From assembly GCF_036321535.1 (NCBI RefSeq), contig NC_087458.1, positions 7,626,001 through 7,690,000 of the forward strand: DNA of 64,000 nucleotides. Direction: 5' to 3'. Of this stretch, positions 25,401 through 38,479 are shown piece by piece. Position 1 is the first letter of the stretch; each line of letters starts with the position of its first letter. Under the pieces are notes generated by a model. It did no database searches, was not told the DNA's origin, and saw nothing but the letters and a program-made list of their open reading frames with translations. This stretch comes from Camelus dromedarius (Eukaryota). Position numbers and translations under genes: made by a program.

Positions 25401-26020
25401 GTCCCCACCCCCAATACCTTATTTTCTTAAGGGTGCTGATCATGTCGTCCAATGCCTTGCGGTAAGCACTGATCACCACTGTTGGGTGCATCTGCTGCTC
25501 TAGAAAGTGCTCAGCCACAGACAGCATCTCCCCCGCTGGAAAAGGATACATATACCATAACATTATGACAAGTACCTAGCTGGATATCAAGGTAATTTCA
25601 TTATGCTTCTAAAAATACCTGTTTTTTTCTAAAGTAGTTTTTTCTCCCAAAAAATATGCCAATACTATTCCAAATTTTATCCTTTGTACAAGCCAATTCA
25701 GAAAGAAAACAGCCTCATCAGATATATTTTAAATGATCAAAGATTGATCCTAGAGTTTATTCTTGTGATCTAACTAAAAAGTTATCAGTTTTCTAAACAA
25801 AAAATAAACATTTTCCCAAAGACTCTGAAACAGAAAAATACACAAAAGAAATCTGACTTGCTTATTATTATTTCAACACCTAGGGTGTAGTAAAACTGCT
25901 GGTACTAAAATCAAAAAACACACAAAACCTTATACCTGGAAGAAAACCCATAAAAATTTACCCTCTGGAAGAGGGATTACTGGTAAAATCTTCTTTTCTT
26001 TTAAAAGCTGTCCTACTTTC

Positions 26021-26070
<50 letters not shown>

Positions 26071-29000
26071 ACACAGATACACACAAAAGCTAGTCTCTAA
26101 AAGAAAGATAATCAAATATTTAAAAAGATGCTCTAGTAAGTTAACTTAGAAAAGGCTATGCCTTGTTAAAGAACAGTAACATAGAAGGAAGATATCTTTA
26201 GGAATGGTCAAGTTTTGCTTTTTTAAAAGCTACCTCTAAGACACTTAACTCATGGATACTTAACCTACCTAATACCTCCCAGGAGATTCAACTCAGATTA
26301 CCAGCTAGAAAATTCTGCCTGATAATCTAAAGCTCATCTTCTATCCAAAAAAGTGAGAAAGCATATGAAGTTTTACCTCCCTCTTTCATCCTAAGTTTCT
26401 CTTCAAAGTACAGAACTAGCCATATGTAATTAATTCTGAAGCCACAAAAGAACTGGATCTGAAGATGTGATTAGCTGGTAGCAACTCAAGCCAATGTCCA
26501 TGCAACTCACCATTTTCAAAATGGACTACTACAAATAAATTCTAAAAATAATTTTAAAATATTACCTTTGAAAAAGTTCATATTATGAATAATTTTGTTG
26601 TAAAGACTCTTTTTAGGCATGTGGGCCAACACTATAAATTGGCATCCTCTAATTTAAGTTTTGTCTCAATTCTTAAAAACATGTTGCTACAGATTTCTTG
26701 AAAAATGAATGCTATTATAAAAACTCCATAATCAACTTAAACTTTATACAACAAAGGCAGTATGCTGAATTTTCAAAAGTGATCTTTTATGATCCTACAG
26801 GAAGTAGAAAGATTAGCTATTAAAACTTACATAGCCAAGACTCGTTTTAAAGATTCAATATTTGTCTATTTGGCTACTCACTAAAATTTATAACCTCAAA
26901 ATCAGTGTCTGCTGCACTTTCATGGTCATTCACAGACATGTGCAGAGATAAAAAATTTAAGCTACCCAGTACATACATTCCCAGGTCAGACTGAAAAAGG
27001 TAATGCTCTGCCTTGTTTCAGCTCTCATCCTGTAGACAACTGTCCTTTATGTGGTACATTTAGTGGCACGTTTTCCACATTTTTGTGCATTTTGTTGGTG
27101 ATATACTGTTTAAAAAGGCCTAAATGTAGCCCTAAAGTACTATCTAGTTTTCCTAAGTGCAAGAAGGCTGTGATGTGCCTTATAAAGAAAATAACTTATT
27201 AAATAACCTTTATTCCAACATTAGCTATAGTGCTATTGGCCATGAGTTCAATGTTAATGAATCAACAATATATATTAAATAAGGTGTCAAACAAAACATA
27301 AAATAAGGTATGTATTTATGAGTTGATAAGTATGTGACCAGAGGTTCTAAGGAACCTAACCCTGTACTTTCCCAAGGAATGATGTTTTGGTATTTGGTAA
27401 TTCACTGTTTGTGGTGACTTACATAACCTATTGTGAATAACTAGAACAGACTGTTTTTATTCAACCAGATTTGCAATGCTTATCCTATACTACGATGAAC
27501 TATTTTTTACTCAGTTGGAGAGAATACATAGAAAATTAGCAACAAGTTATTTAAATATTTATAATTAATGAACTGTTGAAAATTTTCTTCTTAAAATATG
27601 ACACAGACATTAATTCTGGCAAAAATCTTAACCTTTCAATCCAATTTTCCCTATCAACCTCCCGCTGTCCTCTTACCAAGAATAATTACTGATGTGGTCC
27701 CATCTCCAACCTCTTCATCCTGCGTCCGGCTAATTTCAATCATGGACTTGGCTGCTGGATGCTGCACTTGAATCTGAAAAGAAAAATGTGATTGCCGTTG
27801 AATCAACACTACTCAAAGACCTCTTAACCCATTCTGCTTGGTCCTAACTCTTGAGCTTCCTGCTTCCACCAACTCACTTTTCTTTTACTGTTTTACCACA
27901 GATGGAAAGATTAAAAGTGGCCTTGCAAATTATCTAAGTAAACCACCTTTCCAAGTCTCCTTCTTTTTGGGGAAAAATGCTTTATGACGACTTAACTATT
28001 AAAGTTTCTTGAAAACAGAACAGTATCTTTCAACTTATTTACTAGGAGCACCACTGTTGTGGTTGAACTGTGTCCTCTGAAAGGACATGTTGAGTCCCAC
28101 ACCCTGAAAACTGTGAATGTGACTGTATTTGGAAACAGGGTCTTTGCAGATGTAATCAAGTTAAGATGAAGTCATGGGGTAATTAGGGTAGGCCCTAAAT
28201 CCTTATGAGACACACAGGAGAATGCCGTATGACAACTGAGAAGGAGAGTTTATAAGCCAAGGAATGCCGAGGATCGTGGTCAACCATCAGAAGCTAGAAA
28301 AGGAAGAATTCTTCCCCAGAGCCTTTAGAAGGAGCATGGCACTGCTGACACCTTGATTTTTGGACCGCCAGGCTTTGGCCCATGAGAGTAAGTTTTTGTT
28401 GTTTCAAGTCACCCAGTTTGTGGTAATTTGCTACAGCAGCCCAAAGAAACTAATTACTTACATTATCTCTTTAAGGGTTCTTTATGAAATGTTAGAAGGC
28501 AAAATGAAGTCATACCTCTCGAAGAATGGCATTGCCATCATTGGTCATCACAATACCTCCCATTGGGTCCAAAAGCATCTACGACAAAAGCAAAAGTTAT
28601 ACCTAAATGTCCCCAAAAACAGAAAGGGAAAATCTGTAATCAAAGTTTCAGTAAGAGATAAGCCTACCTTCATCATGGACTTGGGTCCCAAACATGTTCG
28701 GATGATATCTGCAATAGTCTATTGGAAAGAAAATATAAGACATGTAAGCACAAATCAGATGGTGAGTGTATTAAGAGAAGTGGCATGACTAACCCACAAA
28801 GCCAGTGTTTTAACAGACACTTCTAAAATATAGTTGGCAACCACTTTAAATGTAGCATGCCATGTGGCTAGATTCTGTTGTTTTACCCCTTTGGGAATGT
28901 CTTTTGGATGAGGAAAGAAATACCTTTTCACAAGAAAAAAAAAGGGGGACATGCCTCCCAAAGCTTAAGTTTCCCAGCAGTCCTGGGAAAGTCCACACCT

Positions 29001-31377
29001 TAGTATTTATCATCATGACAGTGGCCTCCACACTATGCTAAATTAGATCTAGGGCTAGTTCATTCTTTCATTTGAAAGATATTTACTGAATACCTATCTA
29101 GGACCTACAGCGAATACTAGAATACAAAAGGGAATTAATATAGTTTTTCCCTTCAAGTAACTCAGTCTAGTATGACAGACACAAATACAATTACTATAGA
29201 ACAATATACGGCAACAGAATATGCACAAGTTAACGTGAGAAGACCACTAGGCCTAGCTCAGAGACGGAAGGCTTCCTCCTCCATACCACCAAGAGGGAAA
29301 TGTCCTGAAGAAAGGGAAGTCAAATTTTCCTCTGCCAAATTGCAAATTCAGAAATACCACGGAGGCAAACTACTAAAAACAACTTAAAAGATATGCTACC
29401 TTGGCGGCATTGATGTTTCCAGACTGAACTTTTCTTCCAGATTCACGCTTTGTGTTCTGGCCTAAAATAGATAAAAACAAAAGGCAACACCCCAGGATTG
29501 CCCATTGTATATAAGCTACTTATTTCTCAATCTTGGCAAAATAAAAACACACCCAGGTTTCACAGATGCATACATCGACCAAAGCTTATCAAATTGTACT
29601 CTTTAAATACGTGCAGCTTATTTTCAGTCTAGCTGACTACCTCAAAAAAAACTGTTAAAACAGTAAATGTATGTACTTATGGCTACTTCTTTATTTACTT
29701 CAACCCTTGGAATACTAAGAAACAATCTATAAAACTTCAACTTTGGTATCCTGATCATCACTTTCCCTCTAACCAGTCACATATTTACAGTGAGGATTCA
29801 TAACCTGACATCCATCAGATTCTCAAAGCGCTGGTGATCCTAAAAAAGCATCAATTACTGCTTCATATAAAAAGGGAGAGTTTGGGGGTTCGTATTCTCA
29901 TACTTGGAAATGGGGAATCGTACTGACAGTCCCAGCATAGTTACTGATAGAGCTCCCCGAATCCCCCAGTGTTCTGTGGAATGAGAACACACACTCAAAA
30001 GCGTCTTGGTTTGCAAGATAGTCACTCCATGCTTGGATATATAATCAGAATGCCTCAGTAACTCATTTACCATCAGTAAAAGCCGACTACTTATTTTAAT
30101 AGGAAGCCTAATCGGTTATAGCCACTAATGCCAGGGATGTGGACCTGAACCTCAAAAGGGCTCACAATGCACCACTCAGCCCAGGGCCTACTCCCTGGGA
30201 GACAAACCAATGGTTATAATTGAACCAATATAATGTTTATTTCACTCCCTTCTCCAAATTATACTTTCCCTACAATTTGCTGTAAATGTTTCAATCCAGT
30301 CCCATCAAATCTGAAAGCTCACAACTCTTAGGATTTTGAGTCCTACTTCAGGCAGTGGTAACTTCCTGAATGGACCTTTCTGATAGATTAATCAGAAAGA
30401 ATAGTTTTTTTTCTGGGTTAAGTGAATTTTTTCTGAAAAATTATTTTTCACGTACAGAGAAAATAGGTGAAATCTCTGAACAGCATTCTGTGTACAGAAT
30501 GGTAAGGGAGGGACAAAGCCCTCTCAGGTGCTCTTGAAGATGAGGTACAGAAGTTACACAGAATGGAAACATACCAGAAGACAACAGAAATGGGACTCAT
30601 TACTAAGAAATCTGAGCTGTTCCCGAAAGGTAAAGACAACCAGTTAAGAAATCTGGGAAAACTCCGTTGGTAAGTGGGAAAGATTACGACGGAGGAGACA
30701 CCGAGGGAGTAATTACATCTCAGACAAACCGATGAGGGACATAAGGTTACTTCAGGAACAGGGATTGCTGAAAGGAAATTCAAGTGGGCCGTTACTGAAA
30801 AGAAAAGTGACCAAGGATACCACTCGCTGTTTGTCCAGACCCTCTTTTGAAGTTTCACCCACTTAACTCATTTAAGCCTCATAATCCCTCAGAAATAGGA
30901 AATACACTTAACTCCAATAATAAATACGGAAACGTTCCAATCAAGCAATTTGGACGAGGCCACACCGCTAATAAGGAATGGATTAAGGTTATAAAGCTAG
31001 GCCAAACAAAAAACCACTATTCATTCAGCTACATGCTTAAAATCGCTCCAGGAAGGGTGCAAGGGCGGGGGTTGCGGGTGAAGAACGGAAAGCTGAGTGG
31101 TAAGCACCTTCCCGAGGCCAGTGCCGGAAAAGACAAGAGGCTCGGCGACAGGAAGGTGAGTTTGCGTCTGTGAAGACAGGAGAATGGGTTACGGGAAGAG
31201 AAGAAAGCGGGAGCAGCAGCCTCCGAAATGAACGACTGGAAGGCTCAGTGGCTGGCCCAGGGCAGGAATGGGCTGGGGCAGGGCGGTAAAGTGCGGAAAG
31301 GTAGGGGCGAAAAGGGGGTCCCTTCCCCGGCTTTCCCACAACTCACTAAGCACGAGCACCGGACGATGGCCCATCAT
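19422..31377 (-). CDS. CCT3: T-complex protein 1 subunit gamma (CCT3): exons 31347-31377, 29400-29461, 28668-28718, 28516-28578, 27677-27773, 25418-25535, 24593-24779, 23731-23880, 22657-22789, 22395-22476, 21153-21333, 20521-(about 20276, in N gap), 19874-20005, 19422-19526
   Basis: [31 protein letters not shown]...GDGTTSV (ATP-binding P-loop)...[16 protein letters not shown]...[27 protein letters not shown]. Thirteen exons have both splice sites visible. The 3' half of exon 12 is hidden by Ns 20253-20408. Confidence 0.97.
20253..20408. other. Assembly gap inside CCT3 exon 12 (other gaps: 11934-12121, 19186-19324)
   Basis: Runs of N. Confidence 1.
20908..21110 (+). mobile_element. L1 3' end fragment
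   Basis: GTTCAATGGGTACAGTGTCAGTTTTTGGAGATAAAGTTCTG...ACACTTAAAAATGGTTAAGTTGGTAAATTTTATG. Confidence 0.6.
23140..23276 (-). mobile_element. Vic-1-type tRNA-Ala SINE
   Basis: Reverse copy: T-rich tail then TGGAGGTACTAGGGATTGAACCCAGGACCTTGTGCATGCCAAGCAC...ACCCTCC. Confidence 0.8.
26023..26064. repeat. (AC)21 microsatellite in CCT3 intron 5
   Basis: Direct reading. Confidence 0.95.
26860..27453. mobile_element. TcMar-Tigger-type DNA transposon (MER82-like)
   Basis: Recognisable body TGTTTCAGCTCTCATCCTGTAGACAAC...CCTAAGTGCAAGAAGGCTGTGATGTGCCTT...GAGTTCAATGTTAATGAATCAAC and terminus GAATAACTAGAACAGACTG. Subfamily from memory. Confidence 0.6.
28055..28457 (+). mobile_element. MaLR MLT1 LTR
   Basis: TGTTGTGGTTGAACTGTGTCC... 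start, CCAAGGAATGCC...AGAAGCTAGAAAAGG...GGCACTGCTGACACCTTGATTT body, and GTGGTAATTTGCTACAGCAGC...AAACTAAT end. Confidence 0.7.
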
Positions 31378-32110
31378 GGCGGCGCGATGCAGAGCCGGGT
31401 ACCCAGAGCTGGGGGAACCGGCAGAACCTTCTGGAGAGAGAGAACCAGAGAGAAGCCCAGAAAACGCTACCTCCTTAGGGCTTACACCTAAACTCGCTAC
31501 CCTCCGGGTCGCCACCAATCACCGCACCCATCTCACTGACCGACACGAAAACAGGCCAATTAACATCCTTAGCCCCGCCCTCTACGCAAGAACGGCAGGG
31601 CAGGCTAGATAGAGAGAGCACGATCGTGGAAAGACGAGGGCACAGGCGCTTGCGCAATAGGGTGGCCGCTCCCGGCCGCGTGCGGCGCGAACCTCAGCGC
31701 AAGCGCCAAAGTTCCGGCAGTTGGCCGGCACGCCACTGCGCATGTGTATCAACTACGAGGGTGGGTGCTGGGTATGAGGCTTTCGATTAACACCGCAGGT
31801 GAGATCACTAAACTACTGTGTCTCGGCTCCTCTTGGGCCGCGAAGGTCAAGAAAAGCTTGTATCCACAGCTTTCGTTCCAGCCTTAGCAACGGGAAGGAA
31901 TAGAGGGGCGGGACTTCAACCGGCGGTTGAGGGAAGACCTGACCGGTTTGACGCGGGGTGAAATGGGAGTTGTAGTCCGATCGGGCCGGGCTGGGCGGTA
32001 ACTGTCTTTTTGGGCACGCTGGGAGTTGTGGTTTATTGCTTCTGACTCGCTGCTGTGCTTGGACCTTTCGTTTCTTAAGCAGATGCTTTCTGCTGAGGCT
32101 GTGAGCGGTA
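31100..32110. promoter_or_regulatory. CpG-island bidirectional promoter CCT3/TSACC
   Basis: CpG-rich. HSE-like AGAACCTTCTGGAGA at 31423-31437, NRF1-like GCGCTTGCGC (31646-31655) and TGCGCATGTG (about 31737), ZNF143/THAP11 GGGAGTTGTAGTCC at 31965-31978. Confidence 0.8.
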
Positions 32111-32670
32111 CCGGAGGTTGATGGCTTACTTTTTCCCTAGTTACCCTTGCTAAAACATTTTCTCAAGTATTTCCTGTAGTGCTCTCAGATTTTCTTTTTC
32201 CACGCCCATTCCCTCCCCTGCCCTCCTCATCCGCTGTGCTTGCTGATCCATTAGAGATGTTGGGGAGTCAGAGTTTTTAAATTACCATACAGGGCAGGAA
32301 AAGGGCTAACGCAGCAGAAATTTAAAACGAGGAGAGAAAACAGAGAATTTGCCGGTTTGTAGGAGATTTTTAAGGTTTGGACATGGTTAAAGTACTATTT
32401 TGCCAGAAAAAAGGATGCAATACTAATAGAAACAACTTTTTCCAAAATAGTGATGGGACCATGAGAATACGAACAATTCAAGAACAGTTACTTACATTTG
32501 ACCTTAAATGGAATATCCCCTTTGACACTTTTTCGTCCCCAAATTGGAAAAGCCTGAGATCTGCTGGAGAGAACTTATGAAATTGTTAGTAGGGAAATAA
32601 TAGCGTGGGTTGTTGATCACGTGATGCTATCTATGATTCTTTCCCAGGCACCACACCTGTTGGTGTTCAG

Positions 32671-35600
32671 ATGGCGCAGCATTCTAATCATCCTACTAAC
32701 AGAAGAGGTGTGTGTCAGAGGCCCTGCTTCCTCTCCCTTAAAAATCAGGTTTCCTTAACTGCTCTGCTTTGGGGAAAATGAAGCTAGTTGTATGTATGTT
32801 TATTCCTGTTACTTAGTTAATTGGAAAGTATTTGTATTTGTTCTGTATTTCCCACTAAATGGGAACATTCCTGTATTCCCAGTGCTTACAACTGAATCTA
32901 TTAAATAATAGATGCTCAGTAGTTATATATGGGTGAATATATTATTCTTCCTTTGTATGTCCTCTTAAGACTTGGAAGACATACTGTTGACTGGAGTGAA
33001 CAGATACTCACTTTGAGTGGTATAGTCCCACTGGTGGCCAGGAAAGTGCCTGACACCATCTGACTCCAGAGCCTATTCAGATAACTGTGGGAGGAGTAGA
33101 TTATTTTATCTGAGAGGCCTGCTCTGTCATAACTTGAACATAAATGGACTAGCTCTTTTCACAGAATATATTGTGCAGTGGTAAAGAGCATGACTTTGGA
33201 GTTGATAAGCCTGGATTTAATTCCAGCACTGCCACATACTAATTGTGGAATCTAGCAAATTTTCTAACTTAAATTTTCTCAAAAAAAAATGGAGATAAAG
33301 CTACCTACTCTTTAGGGTCATCATGAGAAATGTAGAAGATGTGTGTAAAGCATTTTTATTATTATTATTTTCTATTTTCTATTATTATTTATTATTTATT
33401 ATTTTCTCTGTTCTGCTTCCTTTTGCTGCTTCCAACCTCATCCTCTGTTATATATTGTCTAGTCATAATATGGTTCCTTTAGTATGGATTGTGTGTAAAA
33501 TATTCTTCAAACCTTACAACCCAGTGGAAAATGCATCTTCATACACCTGGGAAGGGCTCATATTATTTAGAAGTGCATTTGCGTGGAAGTTAACGAGTTT
33601 TGCAAATGGTGAGAAGAATCTTGAGGCCTGAGTTTCAGCTTCTGGCTCCTTACCACGCTGCATGAGCCATTAAATGATTGTTGATGACTCTGGGGCAGGA
33701 GCATGGAGAAGATGGAAGACCTCCAGTAGGCTTAGAAAAAAACTATAAACCCAATGCAAAAAAAACCCAAATTTCCCTCACCAAGAATAACTGTCAGGGA
33801 ATAAAACAGATTTGAATTTTCACAGGTTAGGTGCCTTTCCAGACAGAAAGCACCTTAGCCTGGCACCCATGTATGAGGCTTCTTCCTCTTGGCACTGAGT
33901 AAAGAACAGGAATAAGACTTCTTCCTTCATACAACCTACTTGTCACATCTTTGCCCCCAGGCTTGTTTTTTATGAAGAGACCCTGTCTTCATCCTTCAGA
34001 TCCCAGTTGGGACCGGGTCACTTCCCCTGACCACATTCCCCAGCCCCACAGATTAGGTTAGCTGCTCTTCTAGCACTTACGGGGTGTAGGAACGTGCTTG
34101 CTTGATCACTTACTGACTACACTGCAGTACTTTCAGTTCTGTGAGAATAACAACCATGTCTGTTTAGCTCACTGTGGTAGCCTCAGTGGCTGACACAGTG
34201 CAGGCACTTAGCTATCTCGTATATGTATGAATGAATCAATTCAATTTTTCTCTCCTTTTTTTTTTTTTAACTGGAGGTACTAGGGATTGAATCCAGGGCC
34301 TTGTGCATGTTAAACATGGACTCTACCACTGAGCTATACCCCCACCCAACTTTTCTATCCTTTCTGATCTCATTTTGACGCGAATTATGGGCTCCCCACT
34401 GTCCCAAGCCCTTGAATTCTTTCATGGTCCCAGCTACTCGGCCTTTCCATCCATTGCTTCTCTGTCTACTTTTCTACTCCCTTTTCATCTTCTAAACTCC
34501 CAAGGAAGGGTTCCCCAAAGGTCCAGTTTTCTCTCATAGTTTTTGACGTCAGAGGGCTCATTTATTTTTGCAGCTCCTTCATCACCTCTTCGTGGCTGGC
34601 CTGGCAGTTTGACCTTTCACCTGAACGCAGGGCCATCTCTCTGGCTGTTTTTCAAGGCGTTTCTGTTTGGACTACCTAGTCTCTCCTCAGATCCAATATG
34701 TCCCAGATGTGATTTATGTTAATTACCCCAACTCAGATTCCTCTGGGTAACAAGGAAATTCAGAGGCTTGTGCAGTTGGGAGGGTTGCTGAGGAAGTCAC
34801 AGAATAGGAAGAAGAGATGCAAAAACCAGGGCCGCAGGGACTGGAACCGGGGATTCAGTGTCAGTAGGTATCTGTCTATCTATTCATCTCTCTCCTACAC
34901 TCTCTCATCTCTAATCTCTTGCTTGTATCTGCTTCTCATGGACTGCTGGTCAAATTCGGTCACTTTCATTGGCTCCAACTTTATGTCTTCCTAGCACAGC
35001 AAATCAGAAGAAAGCAGGCTTTGATGCAGAATACATGTGTTGGTTCCAGGGAATGATTGGCCCAACTTGCCTCAGTGCTTATCCCTTGAATCAATCATAG
35101 TTGCCAGGGGGGACAGGATACCATGATTGGCCTGCATTGGGTCACATGCCTATTTCTGTTGGGGAGAAGGGTCTGATGCAGCCCCACCAGTAAGGCCTGG
35201 AATCTAGGGAAAGAGTAGTTTCCCAGAGGAAGAGTTCCTGGGCAGTAAACAAAAATAACATGTCTCCTATCAGACTCACCATCTTTTCCTTACAAATCAA
35301 ATTTTCTTCTAACTTGACTATTTTTTCCCAAAGGTAATCTGTTTTCCCTGTTAAGAAGTTCCACATCCAGCTCATTTTAATCCCTATAGATTAATTAAAA
35401 TAAATTTTTTTATCATAGTTCCTAATCATAAAAGACTCAAGTGCTTTCCACTGTATTCAAGAGAAAGGCTAAAGTCTCAGATTGGCTTCTGGAAAAGGTC
35501 TTCCATGGCCCATCCTGCCTTCCCGCTCTTCCTACCCTAATTCTGGCCAGTTTCCTGGGGCTCCTTGTCATTCCAGCCATATTCTTGCTTCCTTGCTTTG

Positions 35601-37625
35601 CTCATGCTATCCTTTTTTCTCCCACCTGAAATATCTTTTCTATTTATCAAAAGCTTCCTGTTTTCAAGCTCCAGTAAACATCCTCTGCCTGCCTGGAGTC
35701 TTCTCTGACTACTGTACTCATACTGATCTTTCCCCTCTTTTCGAAAACCTTCATTTTTATATGTTAATCCCATCTTAGTATAGCTAAAAGATAAAAGGGC
35801 TTATTTGCACTCCAGAGTGTCAGACTCATTGTGTCCTGTTATATCACCATTTCATCAGTGTCTGATTTGTCTCCCTAACTAGATATTCAGCACTGAAGAA
35901 ACCATGTTTAGATGTCTTGTGCAGCTCTGGCATCTAGCACAGTAGTGGGCATGTAGCGCATGTCAATAAGAATTTGTAAAATGAAAGCAAGGTAGGCTTT
36001 GGCTTATCCCATCCCTGCTTGATTTCCCTTAGTCTGACTGTGGTCCCTTTTTTGTCTTATATACCTTTCTTTGAAGATATTCAGGGCAGGGCGTTGGCAC
36101 CTGCATTCATAGACCAGATGCAGGGATCTAATCAGAAAGGTTGTCCTTGTCAGAATGAGCTCTGACTTAGTTGCCTCTGATTTTGTTCCAGCCAAAGGGG
36201 AAGGTAATGCTGTGCCTCTTTGTCGAGCCAAACCCTCTCCCAGCTTTATTAATCTTCAAGCAAGTTCCCCACCAGCCACTTTCCTGAATGTCCAGGCAAC
36301 AAAGCTGCCCTCAGGTAAGGATGCAGGGTGGATTTCCCAGATGGTCTCAGCAAGGGGAGAGGATGCATGGAGGAGGTGGCTGGAGCTTTGTCTTGATCTG
36401 GTGCCAACTCTGGGTCAAGCCACCTCTAGATTTTCCACTGGTGGCTTGCTGATTATTCAGTTCTACTGATTTTATTTTCTTCTTGATTCTACCAATTTGT
36501 ATTGTCTCCTTGCTTATCAGCACCTTTATTAGGTGAGGCAGAATGAAATGGAAACTTTATTGCTTGCTGATAATGTTAGTTAAAAAGTGGCCAGGCAAGG
36601 AAATAGTAACTATTAGGTCAGTTTCTTTGAATTTTAGTTATTCATCCTCCTATGGGGATATCAGTGGATATTTAGCATACCACTGGGGAGTCAAACAGGG
36701 GACTAGACTGTCATGACTCCTGTTTTTGAAGACCTCAGAGTTTAACAAAGAAGTCAAGACCAAAAAAATACACAAACAATGGGTAAATAACTACCAAGGT
36801 TAACTAAGAGCTGTCTGTGTATCATGTAGTTGAAAACAGTAGAACAAATATTGGGCTGATGCAGCAAGACTGGTTAGATAACAGGAAGAACTTCAGGTCC
36901 CTGCTAAGAACTTAATATATCAGATAAGAGCGAAAGAAGGCCAACCATCCCCTGAGCTCTTGAAAGGGAAGTTAGGCCTCACTCCCAGATCATTTCATTC
37001 ACTCATTGAGTATTTGTTGAACACTTAACACACCAGGCACTCTTCTAGGTGCTGTGGATACAGCAATGAACAAACCAGACAAAAATCCCTATCTTCTGGA
37101 GCTTACGTTCCAGAAAGGGGAATTAGCCAACAATTAAATAAGTAATTACAAAATGTGCCAAATAATCATAAATACTAAGGGGAATATAAAGCAAAGGAGG
37201 GGGTAATAAGTTCCAGTGATTGGTTTCAAATTAAAATAGGGTGTCCAGATAGGCTTCATGGAGAAGGTGACAGCTGAGCAAAGGTGCATCTGGGTTAAAT
37301 TGTGCCCAGAAAGATTAGAGGAGTCATCTTATTAGCTCCCTTCCCACCTCTGTCCAATTATAAAATCTTCTTTTGTCCCCTTTGCACCTCCACTGCTCTT
37401 CCTTCAGGAATTGACCACAAGCCCAAGGAATGCCTAGGACTCCTAGAACGTATGTATGCCAATCTCCAGCTTCAGACCCAGCTTGCCCAACAACAGATGG
37501 CTATTTTGGAAAATTTACAAGCATCCATGACACAACTGACTCCTGGGAGGGAAAGCAAGAACTCTTCTCTCCCAGCCTTATCTCGCAATCTGTTGTTAAA
37601 TCACCTGCCCCAATTCAGTAAATGA
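32671..37625 (+). CDS. TSACC: TSSK6-activating co-chaperone: coding exons 32671-32707, (36171 or 36192)-36314, 37408-37625
   Basis: [12 protein letters not shown] / [41 protein letters not shown] / [44 protein letters not shown]...[10 protein letters not shown] matches TSACC (C1orf182). It lies head-to-head with CCT3 as in human. The acceptor of the middle exon is ambiguous (see findings). Confidence 0.92.
34255..34346 (-). mobile_element. Vic-1-type tRNA-Ala SINE
   Basis: T-run then CTGGAGGTACTAGGGATTGAATCCAGGGCCTTGTGCATGTTAAACATGGACTCTACCACTGAGCTATACCCCC. Confidence 0.8.
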
Positions 37626-38479
37626 ATTGTGGAACAAAGTTACTGTGTATGTTTTCCCCTCTCTCTTTCCAGTAAACCCTTGGCAGAATCTGGGCATATA
37701 CATTCTATAAGTTCACAAGCTCATAATAAGTGCTCACTGAGTGCAAAGCACTGTACAAGGCACTTGGGGAAGCATATTACAGAAGAGACAGTTTGGGGGT
37801 TTTTATTATCTTACAGGGCTGATAAGACAGATAATTAATTGTAATTTTTGGTAGTACTCTAAGGGGGAATGGAGGTTGAGCAAAGATGGTTAGTAGAATA
37901 CAACTGGACCAACCACAGAATAATCTTGCTGGAGGAAGTGGCCTTATGATGCCACCTAATGAAGGAGCTGGATTGGGTGGCGTGGACAGATGAAGTAAGG
38001 TAGTTCCATGTCAGTTGGGAAGCTTGCACAAAGACCTAGAGGTAGGGGAATAAGCCATCAGAAATTAGAAGAAGAGATTTTCCCCCCCTAGAATATGGGA
38101 CGTGAAGCAGAATGTAGAGCAGCTGAGAACAGATAGAGCTGCTTTCCTGGGGAAATGTTCTGCTAAAACCATCAGAAGCTCTGATTTTATTTGAAGCACT
38201 GGAGAGCCACTGGAAGCTTTCAAAGAGCAGTGAGTCACACATAAGATAGTAGAAACACCATGGGCAAAACATTTTGGGGTGGAGGGAGAATGGAAGGTAA
38301 AAGACCTATATAAATTAATAATAGTAATCTGTTATGAAACTACCAGAGTTTGGACAAAGGGTTTGGAAATGAAATCAGGCAATGGGTAAATCTGAGCCTA
38401 GAACATCTTATCCTATCAGGCAGAAAGAAGCTGTCAAAGGATTGTGTCGAAGAAACTCAGGAGTCAATCTGAATAAGGC

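Noticed and set aside
33025-33042. CTCF-like TGGCCACCAGTGGGAC (minus strand)
   Set aside because: The 3' half departs from the GGGGGC/AGGGC core; too weak to call.
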